Source: Azolla caroliniana (Eukaryota; Plantae; Polypodiophyta). Taken from it: a DNA stretch of 64,000 nucleotides. This document shows, one piece after another, positions 48,501 to 59,987 of this stretch. Under the pieces are notes generated by a model that saw only the letters and a list, made by a program, of their open reading frames with translations, ran no database searches and was not told the origin of the DNA. How positions within the stretch are numbered: the first letter of the stretch is position 1; each line of letters begins with the position of its first letter. The stretch is from NCBI GenBank assembly GCA_043228905.1, contig JBHGNT010000004.1, positions 11,594,001 through 11,658,000 of the forward strand. The letters run 5' to 3'. The position numbers and the translations under genes are program-made.

Positions 48501-50893
48501 CCGAAGACGGTGAAGAAACAGAACCGGCCGGAGAAGATGAAAACGATACCGGAACCGGCCCCGATCCCGAAATGGATTCGGATGAAGAAGAATCGGAAGA
48601 ACCGGTTACCGAAGCTCCGGAACGGAGATATCCTCTAAGAGAGAGAAGGGCCCCCCGGAGATTTCCGGAACCAGAGCACGTGCTGCTAACCGACGAGGGG
48701 GAGCCGGAGAGCTTTGAAGAAGCAAAGCATGACACCCAGAGCCGCAGGTGGTTGAGTGCCATGCAGGACGAGATGGATTCCCTGCATGAGAACCACACAT
48801 ATGAACTTGTGGAGTTGCCGAAAGGAAAGCGGGCACTTCGAAACAAGTGGGTGTTCAAGCTGAAACCGGGAGATGCCGGAAACCCCCCGAGATACAAAGC
48901 CAGGATCGTGGTGAAGGGGTTTCAGCAAAAGAAGGGCGTCGACTTCGACGAGATATTTGCCCCGGTAGTGAAGATGACCTCCATCCGGACGGTGCTGAGC
49001 ATAGCGGCAAGCATGGACCTCGAGGTAGAACAGATGGACGTGAAGACGGCATTCCTTCACGGTGACCTCGAAGAAGAGATCTATATGCAGCAACCGGAAG
49101 GATTCAAGAAGGAAGGGAAGGAGCACCTGGTATGCCGGTTGAAGAAGAGCCTTTACGGACTGAAGCAGGCTCCCCGGCAATGGTACCGGAAGTTCGACTC
49201 CTTCATGACCGACGAAGGGTACCTCAAAACGCAGTCCGACCACTGCGTGTTTGTGAAGAAGTTCGAAGGAGGAGACTTTCTAATACTCCTCCTGTACGTG
49301 GACGACATGTTGATCGTCGGACGGGACCAGGTCAAGATACGGATGCTGAAGAAGGCTCTTCACCGAACCTTCTCAATGAAGGACCTGGGTCCGGCGAGGC
49401 AAATACTAGGGATGCACATCATCCGGGACCGGAAGAAGAAGCAGTTGTGGCTGTCACAGGAGAAGTACGTGACGAAGGTGCTTCACCGGTTCAACATGTC
49501 GGAAGCAAGACCGGTCGGATCGACCCTCCCGGCAAACTGCAAGCTGTCCAGCAAGCAAAGTCCCAAGACAAAGGCTGAAAAGGAGGATATGATGAAAGTG
49601 CCGTATGCCTCAGCCGTCGGGAGCTTGATGTACGCCATGGTGTGTACGAGACCGGACATCGGATATGCAGTCGGAGTGGTGAGCCGGTACATGAGCAATC
49701 CCGGCAAAGAGCATTGGAACGCGGCCAAGTGGATACTCCGATACCTGAAGGGCACGGCAAACGTGTGCCTCCGATTCGGCTCCGGTAAGCCCGAACTCGA
49801 CGGCTTCACCGATTCGGATATGTCGGCTGATGCAGATACCAGCCGGTCCACATCAGGGTATGTGATGACGTATGCAGGGGGAGCCGTTTCGTGGTAGTCG
49901 AGGCTGCAGAAGACGGTTGCGTTGTCAACCACGGAGGCGGAGTACATGGCGGCTGTTGAAGCCGGCAAGGAAATAATATGGATGAAGGACTTCATTAGAG
50001 AGCTCGGTATCCGGCAGGAGGAGTACCGACTCTACTGCGACAGTCAGAGTGCAATCCACCTTGCGAAGAACGCGGCCTATCACTCCCGGACGAAGCACAT
50101 CCAGCGAAGATATCACTGGATCCGGGAAAGGATAGAAGACAAGGAGTTCGTGCTGACAAAGATCCACACGGACGAGAACGGGTCGGATATGCTGACCAAG
50201 GTCCTCACACCCGACAAGCTGGAAGCATGCCGGAAGAGGATCGGATTGGAGAGACATCCCATGCCGAAGTGAAGGGGGAGTTTGTTGGGATTACGGTCCC
50301 TTCGGATGGGATGGTCGGATGTCGGAGATGAATGCCGACAAGCCCGGTTTCGGTTTCGGATCCGGATGACGAAGACCCCGGCTTCGGTGCCGGATGACGA
50401 ATGTACCCGGAGAGCGATCCGGATGCAGGGACATATCCGTGAATATGTTCGCTATGGGCCCCTGAGGCCACAGTTGTAAATAGCCCCAAAGTCATATGTG
50501 TATAAATATGACTTAGGGCAAACAGTTTTAAGGTTGCTACCTATTTTTCTGTTTTCCCACTCAAGAGGAGTGAAGAGAGAGCAGCCGTGAGAGAGAGAGA
50601 GAGATAGAGCACGAGAGAGGAAGAGGTAGACGCCTCTGTGTATTTCCGCCGCCTGTGGCGAGGACAGCGAGCTCAAGGTCGTCGCCTTGCAGCTCGCCAT
50701 TGTATACTTCTCTATATAGCGTTGGTTTGGAGACTTGTACTCCCGTGGTTTTTCCTGTCTAGGGTTTTCCACGTTAATCCCTGTGTGCTCGCGTCTTGTT
50801 TCTCCGTGTGGTTCCTATTTTCTGCTCCATTGATTCGCGCGTACTCGGTTGTGGCCGAGTGGTGAAGGTGGATAGAAGCGTTTATTCCTTACA
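45558..50893 (+). mobile_element. Young Ty1/copia element F
   Basis: 611-bp LTRs at 45558-46168 and 50283-50893 (1 mismatch seen). TSD TCTCA. PBS 46172-46183. PPT GAAGGGGGAG. Confidence 0.98.
46199..50272 (+). pseudogene. Copia gag-pol with a single in-frame TAG (49895-49897) in RNase H
   Basis: The 1232-aa ORF continues in frame as SRLQKTVALSTTEAEY to 50272. Element D has Gln at this position. Confidence 0.93.
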
Positions 50894-51315
50894 TCTCACA
50901 ATGACAGCTGCTACACTAAGTTTGCCCTAAGTCATATTTATACTAAAATGACTTTTCGGCTATTTACAAATATAGCCCCGATGGACTCTCAAAAACATAT
51001 TTATGAATATGTCCCTTCATCCGGTGAGCACTCCTCACCGGGCCTGCATCATCCGGTGCTAGCCGGGCACTCATCATCCGGTTCTCATCGGGTCTTCCGT
51101 TTCCGGGTACTCATCATCCGGTTCTCACCGGGTCTTCCGTTGTCTGGTACTCCACATTCGGTTTGCTCATCAACATTGTTCTTCTCACTTCCCATCCGGA
51201 GGGACATGTTTCCTAATAGGTACCACGGGAGAGGGTGTGGAGCGAGATGCCCTCTCGACTTGCGGAGAAAGACCGGCCGAGGAGGAGGTCGGGAGTGGAG
51301 AAGAGGCCTAAACGT

Positions 51316-53740
51316 GGATTCCGGAGGCTCCGACAGTCGAGTCCGTGTGCTGACATAAGACCAGAGAGATGGAAGGTGCTAGCAAGGAATCTTGGCACGA
51401 TGCGAATGAAGATGGATGGGAAATGGTTTGCGAGGAGGTCGAGGACGGAGCGGCGGCAGAGAGGAGGATATGAGAACCAGAACCGAAGGGAGCGGAATCG
51501 GAAGTTGACCCGATTCGGATGGAGCATGATCCGGATGTTGATTGTTTGATAGGGGCCGGGTTCGGTATGAAGGTGCCGATACGGAAGAGGGTGCGGAATG
51601 AGCCGCCATCTTTACATGGGGAGAAAGATCGACCAAGGAGAAGGTAGGAATTCGGGAAGAAGATGATTGAGGGTATGGAACGAGTCCGGCGGGATTGCCA
51701 TCAGAACCGAAACACCGGACATTGGAGAATCAAGCCCAGGCTGGGCTTGATCGATCATAGAGCGGATGCTTTCCACCGACACCACTTAAAGGGTCGGTGG
51801 CCTCGGACAAGTCGTCGGGAGGTGTTTCGGAATCAATATCCTCACATTTCATCCGGAGACTCTGACAGTCGGCTCGAGAGCCGACGTCAGACCTAGAGAG
51901 AAGGAAGATTGAGGCAGGAACACAACAAGAAGGTCAACGACGAGTTCGAGAGAAGAACCGGGTGGTGCGGACTTCCGGATAACCGATCCAGAAGGTAGGA
52001 AGAGGCAGGCCTATGGGGAAGCCAGAACACAGTACATCGGTACCATGAGAGAGGGTGTGGATCAAGACACCCTCTCAACATGCGGAGAAGGACGACCTGG
52101 AGCAGGGTTGGGGCAGATCGGAGGCCCAAGACGGATCCTGTACACCGGGCTAGAGACTTCGGTAGTCGGCAGCGGAACCAACGTAAGACCAAGAGATAGA
52201 CAGTGGCGGCGAGGGGACGAGGGCAAAGGCAGCGGATGGGCGATCCTACGACGATCCTCACACTAGTCCGGAGACTCTAACGGTCGGCCCGAGAGCCAGC
52301 GTGAGACCTAGAGAGATGGACTGTGGCGGCAGGAGAACGGAACCCGGTGATGTAGAGTGACGAATGGATCCAAACAAGAATCAGGCGAAGTGAACTTCTA
52401 GATAACCGATCCGGAAGTGGAGAAACGAAGATCGGTCCTATGGGTCACCTCACACCGGGCTAGAGACTTCGGCGGTCGGCATTGAGAGCCGACGTAAGAC
52501 CAAGATACTGACGGTGGTGGTAGGAGAACAGGATCCGGTAATGCAAAGAGAGATCAGACGAGCCTAGGAGAGAATCGGAAGAGCGGAAAGAAGTATAAGG
52601 CCAGCGATGTGGCCACAGACCGGAACTAGACCCGATCGGCAGGGTCAGAAGGACGAAGACCAGAAGCGCTTGGTGCACGGGTCAATGGCCTAACAAATCG
52701 GAGGTCTGAGAAGGATCCTCCACACCGGATCTAGAGACTTCGGCAGTCGGCAGCGGGAGCTGGCGTAAGACGAAGAGACTGACGGTGGCGGTGAGGGGAC
52801 GAAGGCCGTAGCAGTAGAGGCACCGAGCAACCAAGGCGTCGCGAGAACAACGAAGGCCAAGCAAGCCGATACAGGCGAGGGTGATCCTTCGCGGGTGGCA
52901 ACACGGGAAGCTAGTGAGGACACCCAAGTTACGGCGTAGAAATGCGGATGGGTGATCCTACGACGATTCTCACACCGATCCGGAGACTCCGGTGGCCGGC
53001 CCGAGAGCCGGCGTGAGACCTCGAGAGAAGGACAGTGGCGATAGGTTAACGGGATCTAGCAGAAGGGTCAAAAAGGAGTGGAAGGAGGTATTAGGCTAGT
53101 GACGTGGCCACGAACCAGATATGGACCCAGTTGACAGGGTCGAAAGGATGAAGGAGGATGCGTGCACGCGTAACACGGGTTGATTATGAAGAAATTTTCG
53201 AAACCGGAGAAGGATCCACCACACTTGTACCGGAGACCCTCGGCAACTCAGTCGGCATGGTGACGGCTGACGTGGCAAGCGTAAGCCCGAGGTGATAAGA
53301 AGGTGTGGGAGAAGGGACAAAGGCAACAACGAGCGACGATGCCGAACCCAACCAACGCGATACGAAGACGACGGGCCATGCGGGCCAAAGGACAAGGGTG
53401 ATCTGACATGTGTAGCTACCCGGAAAGCTAGCAAGGACACCCAAGCAGAGAATGGTGTGCCGAGCTATAAAGGGCACACCCGGAGGCGAATCGGAGGGCA
53501 TGCGTGTGGCCATCAAGGGCTGAAGTAAAGCACGGGTACGAGACAATGTTCAGCATAGGTGGTGCCGAACAAGGAAGGCAAAAGACGGCACGTGGTTGTG
53601 CCGGGTCAGAAACCGGGTGCGAAGATGGATTGCACGGTTCCGTGGTCTCACAAAGAAGGACGGAGAGGGATCCTCCACACCAGTTCCAGAGACTTCGGCA
53701 GTTCGGTCGCCGTGGCAATGTAAGACCGAGGAGAAGGAAG
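51316..53740 (+). repeat. Array of ~9 dispersed ~65-bp repeats in the internal region of element X
   Basis: Approximate consensus GATCCTCCACACCGGNCYRGAGACTYCGGCAGTCGGC-N6-8-GCCGRCGTAAGACC, near 51316, 51836, 52133, 52253, 52448, 52713, 52964, 53212 and 53668. Confidence 0.8.
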
Positions 53741-54962
53741 GTGGCGATGAGGGGACGAAGGCAATGAACAACGGCACAGAACGACGCGAAGATTGATAGA
53801 GGCCAAGCGGGCCACTACGGGTGTCCCACGGACGGAGGACACCGAGCATACGGCGGGACACGAAGCGTGCATACGGTCGAACAAAGGGGCAACGGAGGAG
53901 CATGCGCGAAAGAGGAGATCCCGGTAAACGACCTATCGATAGGTCTAATGAACCTATGAAGAGGCAAGCACGTACGGGACTGGCAGAGGCCAACACGGTA
54001 GCCAGAATGAGGATTACGGAAGACCGGTTGCTCCCTACGGCCGGAATCTCTCACACTTCTTCGGATTTGGCACGTACCGGTGGACGTGCGGTTTTGGTGG
54101 GGGCGGATGTCGTGAAGATTCACGGACATAGTGAGAAAACCAGAGAAGTCAGTGGCATCGGCGAAGTGCATCATGTGCACCTACCCTTGAATAAACGTGT
54201 GAATAATAAGGGTGCCTTTATGGTGCCAAATAGGTGTTAAGTTGGGATAGAGAACCTCATGGAATAAGGGATTTATCCCACATTGTTATGCATCCCTCTC
54301 CTTGTTCTATAAAAGGAAGAGAGTGTCCCTTGTAAAGGGGTTGCCATTTTGAGTTTGGCGGGCATACCACTTAAGTCTAAGGTATGGTAGCTTTTTTTTC
54401 TTTTTCTTTCTTCCTTACTTACTTCTTTAGGGTTTTGTCTAGTTCTTCTTCTTCTTTGTCATCATGTGGGTTGAGTCTTCGTGTCTGTTCAGGGTTTAGT
54501 CCAGATAAGAGCTTGTATGTCCTAAGGGTTTTCTCTTCTGCTTTATCTCCTCTGCAAGACCCCGCTCAACGCGACAAGCCCGAGAGCTCCCCGATCGGCG
54601 GCTTGGTAGCAGACTGTTGTTGTAACCTAACCTCCCTTAGTCCGGCTCAAAGCCGGAGTTGTATCTTGCTCTTGTACATAGATAGTGAAGTTTTGTGCAT
54701 CTGTGTCTGTGTCTGCGTCTTTGGAGTTTCTTCTTTCCTTTTCTGTACATAGGATGTGTGTGTCTAGTCAGTGTTGCGTGTGCGCCCTTTTCCCTCTCTC
54801 ATTCGGTTGCTCCCGGTACGTATCCAGAAATGCTCTGGTTGGTGTCCTGGCTGGTCACGAGAAACAGTGAAGCTCGACCTTCCATGCTCCGTCTCTCTCT
54901 GGTCCAAGACCCATGTGGTCCCGCCCCGGATCTAGCACACGCGCGCGCGGATTACCGCTACA

Positions 54963-57172
54963 CCACGCTGCCTAGAGAGAACATGAATCCGGAAGTAGAC
55001 CGTTGATCCGATGCATGTCCGGCCTAGTCGGCGTCTATATATCCAACTAGCTTCTTGGTTATACCATGTCGTTATAATAGCCTCCGGTCCTTAGTGCTGC
55101 TAACATACCGCAATACTCGGTGCTCCATAGTCGGCTTCTACATGAATTCACTTATTGCTCCGACTAGATAGCTAATATCGGGTCAGGTGATTGTCAAATA
55201 AATAAGGCTTCTAACAATTTGTTAGAACTGTTTCTCATCGCAGGACAGTTCGAAGTCTGGACGAAGCTTTAAGTTCTGGTCCAGGGGTGTTGAGATCGGT
55301 CGGCAATCCGTCATGCCGAACTTGTACAACATATTCAGCAGATAATGTCGCTGAGATAACAATATGCCATCGGAGGCGTGGATCACTTCGATCTCGAGGA
55401 AGTAATGAAGGTCCCCCAAGTTCGTCATTTTGAATGCATCTGACAACTGGAACTTCACTCGGTCGATTTCAGCAAGTCCGAGTCTGGTGATGACGAGATC
55501 ATCCACGTATAACAAGATACATATCGGACCTTCCAAACCTTTCCAGATCAACAGTGAAGAGTCTGACTTTGAGGCCACAAACCCCATCTTACACAACCGG
55601 TGCGTGATCTTCAAATTCCAAGCACAGAGGGGTACATTGCCGACTTGTTCATCTCTGATTGAAATCCGTTTGGTGAAGATTCCACCCCTTTGCCACAACA
55701 ACCACTAGCACCACATGAACAGTCGTCATCTTCGCTACCGGAGCGAAGGTGTCGTCATAATCGATTCAGTGGGTTTGCGCGTATCCTTTGGCCACTAACC
55801 GGCCCTTGTAATAGTTGACCGAATCGTCAACATTGTACTTTATCTTGTACACCCACTTGCAACTGATTGGTTTGCAATGTCGGGGGGGGGGGGGGGGGTC
55901 AATTAGGTCCCATGTGTCGTTGGCATCAAGTGCCCCCATCTCTTCCTCCATAGCGGCACACCAATGTGCGTCATTTGCCGCTTTTGCGTAGCTCTCCGGC
56001 TCACGCACTTCCGTCACTTTTGTCATGTACGCATAGTGATGCGCCATGTACTCATTATATCCGTACCTTTTTACGGGGTTGTTCTGGTAGGTTGATCGAC
56101 GTAACTTCGCGTTCGTCGATTGCACAACCCTCTTGGTCGGCTCGGTCTTTGTTCTTGAAGGTCCGTCTTTGTTCTTCTCGGAGTCAAATTCGCTCTGATC
56201 CGACTCTTCTTGGCCGATGTTGTACTCCGGTATCTTCTTCTTCCCCTTCTCTTTGCGTGTGAATCGTCTCCCTGGCTCCTTACGCGAGGAGAGCATGACC
56301 GAGTCTTGGCTGCTCATCAGCTCATCATCCTGCTAGTCCTTCCGAATCATCTCTTCATTCGGCCCGCTCAATCAAAATGAGATCAGGCTCTCATCTAGAG
56401 TACTAAATCCTTCTTCATCTTCTGCTCGGATCGGTTCAGGCTCACAAACTCATCTTCTAGAATTGGGTCGGAGTCAGTAGAGAGTACGAGGATGCCAACT
56501 CGTCAAATTAGACATCTCAGCTTACTCGTACTTGCTAAGTCTGGGGTTTATAACACTTATAACCATTTTGCTCATGTGAGTAGCCGACAAGAATGCACTT
56601 CTCCGATTTCGGGTCTAGCTTTCTCCGCTTCTCATCCGGCACATGCACATATGCAATGCTACCGAATATCTTAAGGTGCCTTAAATTCGGCTTCTGCCCG
56701 AAATACAACCGTCCGGACCACGTTGGCCCAATGGAACTTGGGCATGCTCTTCTCTTCCAGCATTGCATGTGCCGCCTCCACAATTGATAGGTTCTTCCTT
56801 TCGGCCACACCGTTTTGTTCCGGTGTGTAACGGTAGTTGAATTCCCTCTGAATTCCTTTCTGTTGCAAATAACTATTGAATTGGCTGGAAAAATATTCTT
56901 TTCCACCATCTGACCGCATGCACTTGATCTTCCTCTCTGTTACCTGTTCTACAAGACTTTGCAGGTTACGGAAACAGTCGAAAACTTCGCTTTTCCTTTC
57001 GATTAGGTAGATCCATGTGTGTCGGTGTAGTCGTCGATGAAGGAGATGAAATATCGGCTCCCGCCAAGACCAACGTTCTGTGTTGGTTCTCATACATCAG
57101 AACGTATTAGATTGATCTTGTTACGGCTTTGGTTTCTTTCGGTGGGGAACAGAAGCCGGTGTTGCTTCCCGA
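54963..57172 (-). mobile_element. Ty1/copia internal fragment (integrase, RT, start of RNase H), decayed
   Basis: MRSDGGKEYF, EQNGVAERKN, CKWVYKIK, RLVAKGY, LYVDDL, RSTSGFMFSLGS. Confidence 0.92.
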
Positions 57173-57890
57173 TGTCGCGAAAATACGACGAAGACACGTG
57201 AACTTGAGGTAAGACCCCAGGGCCTCTGACCAGAGGATATCAGATTCGTGTGTTTATACTTTTAAGAATTAACGGAAATTAGAAAGTTTGACAAATTTCA
57301 TTAAGAAAGGAAAAGAAAAATTACAATCTATCCCAAGATTGGGATTACAAAACTTTTAGCTTACGGAGGTTGATAGATTAATAGATTAAGGTTCGGTCGC
57401 CGAAAGGAAATTAGGGTTTATTGCTTTGATCAAAAAATTAGGGTTTTGTTGCCTCTTAGGAACATGGTCCGTGGTCAGTCCTTCGACCTAGACCCCAAGG
57501 TGGGTGTGGAACAACGAACAGAGCTTAAGCGTACTGCGTAAGGAGAGAACCTCTGTGATTCCTCCGTGTGTACGGGGAGACGGCTACAACCGATTCCTTA
57601 TCGCAGGTTGCACTTACGTACTACTACGCTTACGTATCCGAGACACAAACACTGAATTAGTCGCAGCTATACGCAGAAACTCAGAGAAGATAGTATTTTT
57701 ATTATCAAGCGTTCTTTTACATTTCCCCAAAAATTACACGCACCTCCTTAAGAGGTTTTCTGCCCTTTATATATGCAAGGTCTAATTAGTTGTTCACGCT
57801 TCCCGCGTGAACCGTTACATACGTTACGCTTATATAGTTTCTTATTCCTATGCTTTTGGCCGTCGGTTACTATTCCGGCGGACAACACCT
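57173..57890 (-). mobile_element. Probable LTR (element G); right boundary and orientation uncertain
   Basis: Interrupts copia coding sequence. Begins TGTCGCG like element A. The first ~150 bp are homologous to 63847-64000. Confidence 0.6.
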
Positions 57891-59117
57891 GGCATGCCTG
57901 TGGAACAGTGCCTTTGCACGTCGGACCCATCTCGTTAATCTTCTTCCAAAATGGCCCGGATGTTCGGCTCTGTTGTGGTGTCCTCGTCTGGAGTTGTTGT
58001 AGGGCCCGTAGGTGCATCGTGGTGCGGCTCCTCTGCTTGGTCGGCCTGGTTTCTCCCGGAGTCGCCTTCACCGTGTGCGGGTGGTCCGGGTACGGTGGGC
58101 TCTTCTTGAGTTAGTGGGCTAGGCTCCGCCGGTAGCGTGCTTGCAGTCGGCTGCAGCTCAGCTTCTATTGTTACGTCCTCCGCGGTGTTGACCGTTTTTG
58201 TGTGTCCCTGGGCGTGGGGCGAGGATTCCGCCAGGTCCGCACTATTTTCCGCGTTTTCTGAAGATGGTGTGGGCTGGACCTCTTGTTGGTTAATGGTTTC
58301 GTTGTCTGGTCCTATGGGGAACTCCGCTCGTTCGTCCCCGCTATTCTCCCCCGTTGTCCTCCCTGGTGATCGGGCCTGAGGTTCCTCTTCTTCGGCTGTG
58401 ACTGGAATTGGTGTCCCGCTGGGTTCCTCGTTCGTGTGCGTGTTGCCGGTTTGTGTGATCTGGTGAAATAGCTCCTCCTGACTTTCACCAAAATCATCTA
58501 GGAGTTGTGCGAGTTCTTCGGAGTGTTGTTCTGCTAACATGCGATAGTCTTGCGCTAGGTCCTCCCGTACGGTCACAATGCTCTCCTCGTTTAGCTTATA
58601 AAACCCTCGGTCGTCTTTCCGCCAGTTCTCCTTGTCCGCACGATACGGGTGCAATTCCGGTGCTTGGGTTGCCCACGCCATCCATCCTTTGTCCAACGCC
58701 GTTTTTAATTGCGCTGTGAACCTTTCCCGGTTGGTTTGGAGAAGGATGCGCACGTTATCCGTGATGGCCTGGCAGCGGTTGCATGCGTCTTCCATCGACT
58801 TCTGGAGATTCATGATTTCCTCTCTCTCTCTCTCTCTCTCTCTCCCTCCCTTTCAAAGCTCTCTGTAAGTTCACTCCGGCCATTGTTTTCTATGTTCTAT
58901 AACTCGTTGGAAATCTCTTTGAGAGAGCTTTCTAAAGAATGTTGATTTACTAAATTCCGTTATTGTGGCGAGAAGTTATGAGCATTTTCATCCGCAGCCA
59001 TCTTTGCCCCACGGTTCCTCAAATGGAAGGTAGATTTTGAAGCCCTAAATCGAGTGAAAGGTACATTCTCTCTCCTTCCCTCTCTGTCTCTCTTTTCCCA
59101 TAGGGTTTGTCCCTACA

Positions 59118-59987
59118 ATGGCAAATACTCGTAAAACCACCGCAAAGTTTGGGGGTATGATTGATAATGAGCCGAGATCACCAACAAATCTCGATTCTAA
59201 TGTAATGGACAAAATGCTTATGAGTCACTTGATTTCTCTTCAAGAAACCATAAACAAGCAAGGTGAAGAGATTAGAATGTTAATGAAAGAGAATACTAAG
59301 CTCCAAAGTGTTGTCATTGAGAATGAAAGTCTTAAACAAGTGGTTGCAAAACTTCAAGAAGAGATTCAAGAATGCAAAAGAGCTTCTTTTGAAACAAATG
59401 AGCGCCTTAACAAGATTGAGTTAAAGGAAGCATTAAAAGAAGAAAAATTGGACACGATGAGGCGGGCTGTAAGTGAGATGAAAAATGTATGTACAACGAA
59501 GTCATGGGCCGATGTATGTGGTGGGGATGTGTTATCAAACTCATCTAATATGCATGTGATGCATCAAGAGAAGAATATAGAAAGCATAGATGTCCGAGAA
59601 TTGAAAGAACGTGAACAACGATCAAAGAACATTGTCGTTCATGGGATTAAAGAAGAGAGTATGGAAACATCCACATCCCTTGGAAAGGCCATTGGTGAAT
59701 TTTTTAGGATGCATTATGGGATGTCAGATGTGAATGTATATGGGGCACACCGAGTTGGGAAACATGGTGTTACTCGCTCTGGAGAAAGGCCTATTGTATG
59801 CACAATGACAGATGATACAAAGCGGCGAATCATACTCGAAAATAGTTGGGTATACCTCAAAGGTACACAATGCTTTGTGAGTGAAGATCGTACTATCTCA
59901 CAACAAAATGCTCGTCGTAAACCATATGAAGAAAGATTGAAAAACAAGGTTAAGGATGTGCCTAAAGATGGAAATGTAGGCAAATAG
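59118..59987 (+). CDS. LINE ORF1 (coiled coil plus RRM-like domain)
   Basis: Heptad-rich N-terminus; EREQRSKNIVVHGIKE, AHRVGK, RPIVC, FVSEDRT. Confidence 0.85.
   Translation: MANTRKTTAKFGGMIDNEPRSPTNLDSNVMDKMLMSHLISLQETINKQGEEIRMLMKENTKLQSVVIENESLKQVVAKLQEEIQECKRASFETNERLNKIELKEALKEEKLDTMRRAVSEMKNVCTTKSWADVCGGDVLSNSSNMHVMHQEKNIESIDVRELKEREQRSKNIVVHGIKEESMETSTSLGKAIGEFFRMHYGMSDVNVYGAHRVGKHGVTRSGERPIVCTMTDDTKRRIILENSWVYLKGTQCFVSEDRTISQQNARRKPYEERLKNKVKDVPKDGNVGK

Larger units (their letters stand above)
34944..51218 (-). mobile_element. Ty1/copia element D, decayed, with both LTRs interrupted
   Basis: TSD GGTAC at 34939-34943 and 51219-51223. 3' LTR 34944-35419 plus 40923-41113; 5' LTR 45146-45557 plus 50899-51218. 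PBS TGGTATCAGAGC at 45131-45142. PPT GAAGGGGGAG. Confidence 0.95.
33226..54962 (+). mobile_element. Non-autonomous tRNA-Trp-primed gypsy-derived element (element X), hosting nested insertions
   Basis: Partial 5' LTR ~33226-33504 plus 34350-34363 matches the end of the 3' LTR (54108-54962). PBS TGGTGAACCCGGCGTGAA at 34368-34385. Decayed gag start (VGRFNGDKVPFYLEAYNAEM). PPT GGTGGGGGCGGA before 54108. No pol seen. Confidence 0.85.

Noticed and set aside
49895-49897. Programmed readthrough in copia RNase H
   Set aside because: Related elements in this window have Gln here; a point mutation is simpler.
51316-53740. CRISPR array
   Set aside because: Eukaryotic TE context, degenerate long repeats, very uneven spacers and no cas genes.
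18417-54962. Many antisense and overlapping ORFs within the retroelements
   Set aside because: Expected shadow ORFs of GC-rich coding DNA and LTRs.
55882-55898. Poly-G run as a G-quadruplex or poly-Pro insert
   Set aside because: Homopolymer expansion in a dead element, and prone to sequencing error.
31824-57172. Copia fragments at 31824-33225 and 54963-57172 as two halves of one element split by X
   Set aside because: Both contain the same integrase region, so they are separate copies.
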